Of a DNA stretch of 60,094 nt, positions 51,389 through 59,159 are shown piece after piece. The position numbers and the translations under genes were made by a program. The stretch's first letter is position 1. Every line of letters starts with the position of its first letter. The notes below the pieces were generated by a model. The model saw nothing but the letters and a program-made list of their open reading frames with translations, ran no database searches and was not told the origin of the DNA. The stretch comes from Candidatus Micrarchaeota archaeon (GTDB taxonomy: Archaea; Micrarchaeota; Micrarchaeia; Micrarchaeales; CABMGC01), in NCBI GenBank assembly GCA_021828295.1, contig JAKASF010000003.1, positions 1 to 60,094 on the forward strand, read 5' to 3'.

Positions 51389-51910
51389 ATGCGCTTTCCG
51401 CGCCTTGAGGACATACAGAGGAGGAGAAAGATTCTAGGCATGACCCAGAGCCAACTCTCCAAGCGCATCGGGATAAGCCAGTCGCTCCTCACGAAGATAG
51501 AGCGCGGGCTGGTGGTTCCCAACTACAAGACCGCAACCGAACTGTTCGACTTCCTAGAGAACGCAGAGAATTCGGAACAGAAGCTGGCAAAGGACGCGAT
51601 GCACATGCATGTGCTGACGCTGAAACCCTCGGACACCGTGCAGAAGGCGGTCGGGCTGGTCAAGCGGCACTCAATATCACAGTTTCCAGTACTGGAAGGC
51701 CACAAGCCGGTAGGCAGCATAGCCTCGGTGGACCTGATAGGCAGACAAAAAAGCTCAAAGATAGCGGAGATGCTCGGCGAACCGTTTCCATCGGTGAACG
51801 AAGGCACGCCTCTCAGCGTAGTGAAGAGTATCCTCAGGAGCAGCAGGGCGGTCGTCGTGCTGCACAAAGGGGAGGTGAGGGGCATAATCACCGCCGAGGA
51901 CCTTCTGTGA
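51389..51910 (+). CDS. XRE-type HTH plus CBS domain transcriptional regulator
   Basis: 173 aa. ILGMTQSQLSKRIGISQSLLTKIERG forms the HTH. The CBS-like C-terminus includes SISQFPVL...VVVLHKGEVRGIITAEDLL. Confidence 0.8.
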   Translation: MRFPRLEDIQRRRKILGMTQSQLSKRIGISQSLLTKIERGLVVPNYKTATELFDFLENAENSEQKLAKDAMHMHVLTLKPSDTVQKAVGLVKRHSISQFPVLEGHKPVGSIASVDLIGRQKSSKIAEMLGEPFPSVNEGTPLSVVKSILRSSRAVVVLHKGEVRGIITAEDLL

Positions 51911-51962
51911 CTCCTCCAAATACATATAAATAGTCTAAAACAGGTAGTAGGTTGAGGAGCAC

Positions 51963-52526
51963 ATGCCTGTAGACGGCCAAGAGAAAATTCAGGAGCCAAA
52001 AGAAAGAGCCGGAATACGGGAGAGGCTTATTGGCCTGTTCAGGATAGACGAGTCAAAGTATGAGCCGCTCTTCTCGAAGCTGTTTCGGAGCGTTGCTAGC
52101 AAGTACAGCGTCACGGGCTTCTCAGAGGCGTTTGCCTTAGGGTTCTACAGGTATATAGGCCACTCTGTCGAGTTCCCTGCGTTCCCTAACCTGCTCGATT
52201 CTATAGGAATGGGGCTGATTGGGAGCTACCTGGTTGTTGACGCGCTGCGGCCCAAGATAAATGATTCCGTAGATAAGATGCGCGCCGCTCTCAAGCTCGG
52301 TCTGGGCGCTGTCGCATTCGCCCTTTCCATCTCATTTCCTGAATCCTTCAACCATTTCTCGCTCTTTCAGGCGTCTCCGAACGATCTGTACACCATCGGA
52401 TTCGGAGCAATAACATTCTGCATGTTTGCGGAGACAGCTTGGCAGATCAAGAAGAACTCGGCAAGCCTAGAGCTCAAGCTGAGAGAGGGCCAGAGGCCAG
52501 AGCCAGTCCTGCCCCGCATTTGCTGA
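51963..52526 (+). CDS. hypothetical membrane protein
   Basis: 187 aa, preceded by GGTTGAGGAG, with several hydrophobic segments. No family recognised. Confidence 0.5.
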   Translation: MPVDGQEKIQEPKERAGIRERLIGLFRIDESKYEPLFSKLFRSVASKYSVTGFSEAFALGFYRYIGHSVEFPAFPNLLDSIGMGLIGSYLVVDALRPKINDSVDKMRAALKLGLGAVAFALSISFPESFNHFSLFQASPNDLYTIGFGAITFCMFAETAWQIKKNSASLELKLREGQRPEPVLPRIC

Positions 52527-52586
52527 TGCAAAATGCGCAGTACGCTGTATTTTTAATTCTCGGCCCCAATTCAGGTCGGTGATATA

Positions 52587-52838
52587 CTGAAAGATTCCGA
52601 AGAACGCCTGGACATACAGGTCCTAGAGAAGATATCCGCGCTGCTGACCGCGGCATTCGGGTTCATAGCAGCCCTTTCATGGAACAACGCCATAACCTCA
52701 CTCTTCACCCAGGTCTTCGGGACCCCGAACGCACTTACGCCAGAGCTGGCCTACGCCGTTATCGTTACAGTCATAGCGGTGATTGTCACGCTTTGGATAT
52801 CCAGGCTGCTCGCCATGGCAAAAAGAAAGAAGAAATGA
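52587..52838 (+). CDS. DUF5654-like small membrane protein; start codon non-canonical or unresolved
   Basis: The frame is open from 52557 to TGA 52836..52838. It encodes ...LEKISALLTAAFGFIAALSWNNAITSLFTQVFG...VIVTVIAVIVTLWISRLL, a pattern I recall as DUF5654. No in-frame ATG/GTG/TTG precedes the conserved part. GGTGA sits 4 nt upstream of CTG 52587. Confidence 0.45.
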   Translation: MKDSEERLDIQVLEKISALLTAAFGFIAALSWNNAITSLFTQVFGTPNALTPELAYAVIVTVIAVIVTLWISRLLAMAKRKKK

Positions 52839-52914
52839 TAGATTTTTCAGTCTAGCGTTGCTCGGCCGCCATTATATTTAAATCCTCTCATCACAAATAT
52901 GGTTGAGGGTATGG

Positions 52915-54084
52915 ATGGCAAACGGAAAACTGATTCTCGGCGCGGTTATCGTTCTGATAGTGGTAGTTGCGGGTGCAGCCCTGCTGCTCGGCACGGGTCC
53001 CAGCCCCGGCTCCACCACCACAGCTTCCTACAATGGAAGCACATTCAACGAGCCTGTGATGATAACCGATCCGGCGCAGGTTCCGGCAGGCACCTCGGCT
53101 CTCGTCTTCACTTATTCTAACGTGCAGCTCAACGAAACGGGGCCTTCCGGATCACAATGGGTCAACGCCACGGGCAGCGGAAGCGTTAACCTGATTGCTA
53201 TAATGAACAAGACGCAGGTTATGGGCTATGCAAACGTGGCAGCCAATACCTCGATAACGCAGGTAAGGATGTACGTCAACACCGTGCAGATAACAGTTAA
53301 CGGCACTGTATACAGCGTGCCGGTGGCGTACAGACAACTAACGCTGTCGATTAGCGGCAACGCCAACGCTGCAGCAGGCTCGGGCGTGCTCATAGACTAC
53401 GCGCCCACAGTATCTCCTGCTTTCAACTCCAACTCAACCGCCTTTGTAAGGGTACCAAGCGGCAGGGCCGTGGTGACAGGCAACGTAAACGCCTCTGCAA
53501 GCACGAATGTTGGCGCAGTGTTCCCGATAACTGCAACGGCCAGGGCCTCGCTTGCAGTCGTGACGCCGTCGCTTGTCATAACCAATGCTACCGTCTCGAC
53601 TTCTGGTAACACGACGAGCATATCGGTCACGGTCAAGAACAACGGAAACCAGAGCGTAACTCTCAGCAACCTCGTGGTCTACGGTGCGCAGAACGTAAGC
53701 ACCACGGCTTCGCTTAGCGCAAGTATGGGAGCAGGGATGGCGGCGATGGTGAGCCAGAGCATCCTCGCGGGCAGGGCGGTGGCCGGTCTCGTGAACGCGA
53801 ACGCGCAGGCGCTTGTCAGCGTTGGAATAAATGTGCACGCCTTCGCGATGCAGAACTTCGCTGCGAACTCCAGCGGCTCTCTCGTGCTGGTCAGCAACTA
53901 CTCCGCATCGCAGACTGGCGGCTACTCGCTTGCAGCCGGATCTTCGGTCACGCTGTCATACAGCGGCGTGGCGCAGTACAACTCTGGCATGTTCATGACC
54001 ACGCCAACGTCTGGTTCGGAGTACAGGATGTACGTTGGCAGCAATGCGGGAGCGAGCGCCGTGACAAATGTAGTGGCCACATAG
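52915..54084 (+). CDS. secreted or anchored DUF4382-like glycoprotein, paralogue of the ectodomain of 16310..17938
   Basis: N-terminal TM LILGAVIVLIVVVAGAALLLG. MITDPAQVPAGTSALVFTYSNVQ, GSGSVNLIAIMNKTQVMG, VNGTVYSVPV and ISVTVKNNGNQSVTLSNLVVYG align with the other protein. Confidence 0.7.
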   Translation: MANGKLILGAVIVLIVVVAGAALLLGTGPSPGSTTTASYNGSTFNEPVMITDPAQVPAGTSALVFTYSNVQLNETGPSGSQWVNATGSGSVNLIAIMNKTQVMGYANVAANTSITQVRMYVNTVQITVNGTVYSVPVAYRQLTLSISGNANAAAGSGVLIDYAPTVSPAFNSNSTAFVRVPSGRAVVTGNVNASASTNVGAVFPITATARASLAVVTPSLVITNATVSTSGNTTSISVTVKNNGNQSVTLSNLVVYGAQNVSTTASLSASMGAGMAAMVSQSILAGRAVAGLVNANAQALVSVGINVHAFAMQNFAANSSGSLVLVSNYSASQTGGYSLAAGSSVTLSYSGVAQYNSGMFMTTPTSGSEYRMYVGSNAGASAVTNVVAT

Positions 54085-54099
54085 TCCCTCTTTGCTGAG

Positions 54100-54166
54100 G
54101 GGGAGGCCGTTAGCCGAGGGTAAAGCCGCGTTCTCAAACGCTAGCATTTGCTAGCAAATGCATGCA
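54100..54166 (+). repeat. 67-nt imperfect direct repeat, copy 1
   Basis: Ungapped alignment with 57904..57970 gives about 54/67 identical bases, for example GGGGAGGCCGT.AGCC.AGG.TAAAGC....TTCTCAAACGCTAG. Hand-counted. Confidence 0.75.
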
Positions 54167-54548
54167 AAGTCATTATCAACCAGACACTCTCAGGAGGCTA
54201 GCGGGCTTTGAGTGAGGAGTCCGTTTACTAGTAAACTATATCAAGCACATGTAAACACTATATCATTAGGCAACGAAAGACGAATCTGAAGGCATATCTG
54301 GGCGCGTTTGTTTGCTCAATATATATTGTTGTATATCATGCTAATTTTACATTCTGATGTTGTTGCTATAAAGCGTGCAACATGCTATGCGACAAAAATA
54401 TGTGCATTATCCTGCCCTAGATTTCATTATTGTTTAATTGAACCTCGAGGTCCATCATTTTGCTTTTATTCTCTTTCGTCAACGTTTTTCGAGGGGAAAG
54501 TATCATAACCTTTTCCCATGTCACTCGTACTTGACTGAGAGGGTAATT

Positions 54549-55076
54549 GTGGCTGCACTGAAGGTCGCTCCGGTCAGAACTACCGAAGCGCAGGATTTTG
54601 CGACACTGAGGCGAGTCGAGACGACTGCAGTCACACTAGACAAAGCGAGCGAGAAGGATTTGGATATTGTGCGAATGATTAACTCATCGCTAAAAAACGA
54701 GAAGCACACAGGTTTCATAGATGAGGACGATATGCAGGAGGTCTACAGGTGGGGCACCATCTTCATCATAAAAGTATATGGAAAGAACGCCGGGACCATC
54801 TCTTTCAGGCCTGACAGAGGAGACGATAATACCGCTCTTCTCCGTAATCTGGCGATATTGCCCAGATATCAGGGACGAGGCGTTGGAACCGCGGCTGTGA
54901 ATCTAATACATGACACGGTGAAAGAGCTGGGTTTCGAGAAAGCCAAGGGGAGGATACGACCTGAAAACGATGAGGTACTCCATATATATAAGAAAAAAGG
55001 ATTTGAGGTAGTCGGTAAGGACAATTGTTTTGGAGATGGAGTGGAGCGATTGATTATTGAAAAGAGACTCCGCTGA
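54549..55076 (+). CDS. GNAT-family N-acetyltransferase
   Basis: Acetyl-CoA motif LAILPRYQGRGVGTAAV and HIYKKKGFEVV. The start is uncertain; GTG 54549 was chosen and the track ORF opens at 54438. Confidence 0.7.
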   Translation: MAALKVAPVRTTEAQDFATLRRVETTAVTLDKASEKDLDIVRMINSSLKNEKHTGFIDEDDMQEVYRWGTIFIIKVYGKNAGTISFRPDRGDDNTALLRNLAILPRYQGRGVGTAAVNLIHDTVKELGFEKAKGRIRPENDEVLHIYKKKGFEVVGKDNCFGDGVERLIIEKRLR

Positions 55077-55090
55077 CCTTTCCGAAATGC

Positions 55091-56479
55091 CTAACCGTAA
55101 AACGTCGGTTTTACAGGCTCTATCCTTTTGAGTTCCACAAGAAGGCGGTACGGTCGCGTGTATGCGCTGTCGAACCTCCTGTAGCACAGATTGCCGGCAA
55201 TTACGTCCGTAATCACCAGGCTTCTAGCGACGCTCCCTTGGAGCTCCCTTTCCACGCTGGCGGTTACCCTATCGAGGTAACCCTCTTCCGCGACAGGCAG
55301 AAATGAAATCGCCCCCTGCAGCGGCGCGCCTATGTTTCCAGTGAGGCAATACTTGTTCGATATCTTGCCGTACTCGATTCGGTCCATGAGATACTTGTAT
55401 CTGTTCTCATCAACGACCTTGTAGTCTATGTTTGACAGCAGAACAACGCCGACGTATCTGATTGGCAGGTTCGTCATGGATACGGTGGGTCTCGCTATCA
55501 CTCCCCTTTCTCTCAGTGCCTGGTAGGCGTACCTCGAAGTGCCCTTGTTCAGACCGTATTTCTGGTCTATGGTGGCAAAATTCATGTTCGCATTGCTGTT
55601 CATCTCTTTAAGAAGCAGGAATTCCCTTTGCCTGAGCTGATCTTCTCGGGGGTGCGGCGTTTCCCTAGTCCTGTGCCATACCCTCTCCTTTACTATTTTT
55701 TCTATGAACTGGTCCCTCAGCGGTATAAATGGGAGTACCTGCGCAAAATACGTGAATATCCACGACGCGGGGTACCTGCTCAGCGATCTCTTCTGTCTCA
55801 GCCTGAGAAGATTGTCATGCGCCTTTAGTGGCGTCTCGTCAACTATTAGCATCACAACATCATAGCCGCCATTGGTAGTCGCTGCGAACTGTATGTCGTG
55901 CTCGTCCTTGATCGCCTCTTCAATCTCCTCCCTTGACGGCTTCTTATCCTCGAATTTTATCAGGGTGAGATATCTCAGATACCCGAGCTTTTCCACATCT
56001 ATTTCTAGCAGGTATCTTATGCCGAGCTTCTCCTCCAGTGCCCTTACTCTCGAATACGCGGTCCGCTCGTTCAGTCCCGAGAGTTCGGCCAGCCTCGAGA
56101 CGGGCATGCGGGAGTTCATGCTTAGCGCCATCAGGAGCTTGAGGTCGGTTTCCTTGAGCGGGATCTCCCTCGGCTCCGGCGCAGGCTCTCCATTCCCGCC
56201 CTTCCTGTGCCACACGATCTCCCCTCCGCGCAAGGCTATCAGAGCCTCGGCCTTCTCCAGCTCGCTCCTGTACGACGCCACCCTCTTGATGAACGTCCCA
56301 TCTAGTTCTATCCTGCCCACGTACTCGGAGATTGTCTTGCTCTTCTTCTTCTCGGGCTGGTACTCGTATGTCTGCTTGTATACGTAGAAGCTCTGCCTTA
56401 TCGGCTTCAGGTAGAGGTGCTTCTGCGCCTGGCGCAGCAACCTGAACGCCTCCCTGACCCGCTTCGGCACCTCTTTCAT
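55091..56479 (-). CDS. tandem Lrp/AsnC-like protein (two wHTH plus RAM-like modules) with an unknown 110-aa N-terminal extension
   Basis: 462 aa. Module 1: DLKLLMALSMNSRMPVSRLAELSGLNERTAYSRVRALEEKLGI...YLTLIKF. Module 2: REFLLLKEMNSNANMNFATIDQKYGLNKGTSRYAYQALRERGVI...YVGVVLL. Confidence 0.6.
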   Translation of the reverse strand: MKEVPKRVREAFRLLRQAQKHLYLKPIRQSFYVYKQTYEYQPEKKKSKTISEYVGRIELDGTFIKRVASYRSELEKAEALIALRGGEIVWHRKGGNGEPAPEPREIPLKETDLKLLMALSMNSRMPVSRLAELSGLNERTAYSRVRALEEKLGIRYLLEIDVEKLGYLRYLTLIKFEDKKPSREEIEEAIKDEHDIQFAATTNGGYDVVMLIVDETPLKAHDNLLRLRQKRSLSRYPASWIFTYFAQVLPFIPLRDQFIEKIVKERVWHRTRETPHPREDQLRQREFLLLKEMNSNANMNFATIDQKYGLNKGTSRYAYQALRERGVIARPTVSMTNLPIRYVGVVLLSNIDYKVVDENRYKYLMDRIEYGKISNKYCLTGNIGAPLQGAISFLPVAEEGYLDRVTASVERELQGSVARSLVITDVIAGNLCYRRFDSAYTRPYRLLVELKRIEPVKPTFYG

Positions 56480-56796
56480 ACCATATACTATGTTAATAGT
56501 GTTATTTAAATGTTTGTTGCAAATATGTTTGTATCATGCGATATTTAATCATCAAGCGCAAAAAGTGGCACGAATTACGTCCCTGACATCGCAAAAACGC
56601 ATTTCCATCACGTCGTTCTTAAATAAAGAGAAGTGCATAATACCAACTCGTGGATGTGGGGAAGTGCTTGAATATGAACGAAGCGCTTATTTTGCCGTTC
56701 TTGTCGTGTACTAGCGACAGCCATCACCCTCTCCTGGTTTTCGGCCTTCCTCCATCCGCCCCTACCCAGTTCATGACGCATATAAGGTGAAAACCC

Positions 56797-56949
56797 ATGA
56801 AAGGATACAACTTTAGGCTAACGGAAATGAGGAAGACGAAGTACAGCGATAAGAAGGGAATCGAAAGCGACGAAAATAGGCCGGTCAGATTTGTGCCTGA
56901 CGGCCACAACTCATGGCGAGTTGTTTGGGCTGACGAAGCGAGGAGGTGA
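56797..56949 (+). CDS. small ORF, 50 aa, hypothetical
   Basis: ATG with GGTGA 6 nt upstream. Reads MKGYNFRLTEMRKTKYSDKKGIESDENRPVRFVPDGHNSWRVVWADEARR. Ends inside a perfect anti-SD match, AGGAGGTGATC. Confidence 0.25.
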   Translation: MKGYNFRLTEMRKTKYSDKKGIESDENRPVRFVPDGHNSWRVVWADEARR

Positions 56950-56962
56950 TCCGCTGTCGGTT

Positions 56963-57238
56963 GTGGGAAATGTGATAAAGCGAAACGCCGCTCAGGGAGG
57001 CTTCTTGCTTGTCAAGCCAAAAGAGCTAAGCGATGTGGAGCGGATCGCAAGAGCGATTGCGAGATGCAAAGGCGTAAGAAAAGTGTTTGTTTCAAGCGGC
57101 GAATACGGATTCATTGCTACGATTGATGACGGAGAAACGCTTGCAGAAATAGGCTGCAAGGTACGGAAGATTACTCCAAGCAAAGTAAAGATAGCAAGGA
57201 ATCATTTCGTATACAAGAACCCTGATTCATATGGCTGA
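56963..57238 (+). CDS. stand-alone Lrp/AsnC ligand-binding (RAM) domain-like protein
   Basis: GGFLLVKPKELSDVERIARAIARCKGVRKVFVSSGEYGFIATIDDGETLAEI fits the RAM-domain pattern. The start is uncertain; GTG 56963 was chosen and the track ORF opens at 56891. Confidence 0.5.
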   Translation: MGNVIKRNAAQGGFLLVKPKELSDVERIARAIARCKGVRKVFVSSGEYGFIATIDDGETLAEIGCKVRKITPSKVKIARNHFVYKNPDSYG

Positions 57239-57313
57239 CCGTGAAAACGAGTGCTTTTAATGTTAAATCGCAGTAAACTCCTAAGGATGTCCTTTCCTAG
57301 AGCTGAGTAATCC

Positions 57314-57676
57314 ATGCCAAAACTGGTTTACCTTACTGCAAGTGAGGTAAAGAAGATAAACGATCTCCTCGGTTGCAGAGGCATGATAAACGAAGGCAAT
57401 CTTGACTTCGTACTTGCCAAAGTTAGAGATTTGAATCTCTCAATAGAAAGGAAAGCCATAACTCTTCTTTACGATCTGATAATCGCTCATCCTTTCCTAG
57501 ACGGAAACAAGAGAACTGCTTTCGTAGCGATGCAGATATTCCTAAAGCGAAACGGCAAAGAACTCAGACACAGCCACGCAAATGAATACCTATTGAAAAG
57601 GCTTTTATATGACATTGCAGACAATACTATCAGGTATCAGGAAGCAGAAAATGTGCTGGTGAAGCTGATAAAATGA
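57314..57676 (+). CDS. doc: Fic/Doc-family toxin (death-on-curing type)
   Basis: 120 aa. Fic motif variant HPFLDGNKRTAF. Confidence 0.85.
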   Translation: MPKLVYLTASEVKKINDLLGCRGMINEGNLDFVLAKVRDLNLSIERKAITLLYDLIIAHPFLDGNKRTAFVAMQIFLKRNGKELRHSHANEYLLKRLLYDIADNTIRYQEAENVLVKLIK

Positions 57677-57798
57677 AATCAAACCTCAAGAACGAAGTCA
57701 AGGCAATAGTGGCCAAATGGAAGGGTCTTATAGATTACTTGAAGGAAGAGGACAGGAAGAGGCCGCTCAGAGTTTCGAGGATTCAGGCAAAAGCCTGA
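57673..57798 (+). CDS. small ORF, 41 aa, overlapping the doc stop (ATGA); possible partner protein
   Basis: Reads MKSNLKNEVKAIVAKWKGLIDYLKEEDRKRPLRVSRIQAKA. Not in the ORF track. Confidence 0.3.
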   Translation: MKSNLKNEVKAIVAKWKGLIDYLKEEDRKRPLRVSRIQAKA

Positions 57799-57903
57799 CT
57801 GTTCCTTTTCCATCGGGCTGAAAATTCAGAGAACTGAACTCGCTATTTTTCCGACGACGAAGGCTTTTCTATTAAAACTCTCTCGACGACAAAATTCGGT
57901 AAC

Positions 57904-57970
57904 GGGGAGGCCGTCAGCCTAGGATAAAGCGGGCTTCTCAAACGCTAGAGATTGCTAGTATTTGCATCCA
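57904..57970 (+). repeat. 67-nt imperfect direct repeat, copy 2
   Basis: See 54100..54166. Confidence 0.75.
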
Positions 57971-57986
57971 TGTGCCTTTTTGCAAT

Positions 57987-58394
57987 TCATATGAGCTTCA
58001 ATAAATACTCGGTGCCTATGGCCTTTATGCCAGGCTTTCTTTCGTAATCTGAATCATTCGTCCAGATTCCATCACACTTCAGAGCAAGATAGCAAGCAAC
58101 GTACGGTGCATCTTTTAGATCCTCATTGATCAGCTTTCGTGCTTTATCAAGCTCGAATTCGTATTCTTTTGCAGGCATTAGATCTATTTCCTGGAAAATC
58201 ATGGCTATGAGCAAATCCAAATCCTCTTTTGTTAGGCCGGATTTTGTTGCTATGTAGTCAACATACTTGTTTACCTCATCTTTTAGAAATTCGGGAGCTA
58301 CAAGCTTGAACTTGCCGCTCAGCAGCGCCTTTCTCGCAGCGCCATTCTTAATCAGGGCGGCCACCACTGTTGTGGCGTCCACAACAAGAATCAT
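57987..58394 (-). CDS. vapC: PIN-domain toxin (VapC-like)
   Basis: 135 aa. MILVVDATTVVAAL supplies the first acidic residue and IWTNDSDY the C-terminal acidic cluster. 4-nt overlap with the upstream antitoxin gene. Confidence 0.8.
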   Translation of the reverse strand: MILVVDATTVVAALIKNGAARKALLSGKFKLVAPEFLKDEVNKYVDYIATKSGLTKEDLDLLIAMIFQEIDLMPAKEYEFELDKARKLINEDLKDAPYVACYLALKCDGIWTNDSDYERKPGIKAIGTEYLLKLI

Positions 58395-58615
58395 AGCAGC
58401 CCATGCCTTCTCGCCACGGCCTCATTTATCTTCCTGCCTATCTCTATAGCATCCTTCTCCGTAAGCTTGCTCTTTGCTGTTAGCTTGTCCATCAGCTCAA
58501 GCTCCTTTGCCTTGTCCCAGAGGGCCTCCCTGGCAATCTCGCTCCACCTGAGCTCCTTGTGTTTTTTCATTATGGCCATGAGTTCTTCGGGTATGGCCAG
58601 AGTCATATTGGTCAT
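58391..58615 (-). CDS. vapB: VapB-type antitoxin
   Basis: 74 aa. MTLAIPEELMAIMKKHKELRWSEIAREAL is typical of archaeal VapB-like antitoxins, and the gene pairs with the PIN gene. Confidence 0.65.
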   Translation of the reverse strand: MTNMTLAIPEELMAIMKKHKELRWSEIAREALWDKAKELELMDKLTAKSKLTEKDAIEIGRKINEAVARRHGLL

Positions 58616-59159
58616 CTCACCACTAAGTATATTAAGTAGAATAAGTATTTATACTTATCTATTGGCATGATTGTGATTCAGACCCGTATTGCGTAAGGCA
58701 CGCCCCTCGCCTTACGTGGTCGATCCATTCTTCGTATCGGGAAAACTTCTGCTGGCAAAATCTGCACTTAAAATTCCCCTGTGTCTTTCCTTTGTCTCCT
58801 TTCGATATTTCATAACCTAATCCCTTTCCTCGCTGCTTGATGCCATCTCACAACTTGGTGCCCGCTTTTTCAGGGCTGGGGATTAGGCAGGCGTATCGCC
58901 TGAGCTTGCTTCCGACATGAAGCATTATCGACCTTTAAGGTTAATAAAACGTTTCAGCTTCGGGAGGCCGCCAGTGGCACGTCACGTGAGAAGGGGAAAC
59001 GATATACAGAGGTATACGATTCTGCGGCCCCAGGAGGGAGTGCCTGAAAATCAGAGGGGCTTATTTTGCTTGTCGTCGACATGTTTATTCCCATTATACA
59101 TCAGTATCAAAACATATAGTTGTTTCCTCGCTTGTTACCTCGCTGCTTCGGGAACGTGG

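Noticed and set aside
54144-54161. Treating the 18-bp palindrome as the functional core of the 67-nt repeat
   Set aside because: The corresponding part of copy 2 (57948..57965) is not palindromic. The palindrome is therefore specific to copy 1 and not the conserved feature.
56941-56951. Perfect anti-Shine-Dalgarno match AGGAGGTGATC as proof of the RAM-domain ORF start
   Set aside because: The nearest canonical in-frame start (GTG 56963) is about 12 nt away, which is longer than the 4-7 nt spacings seen elsewhere in the window. The start therefore remains unresolved.
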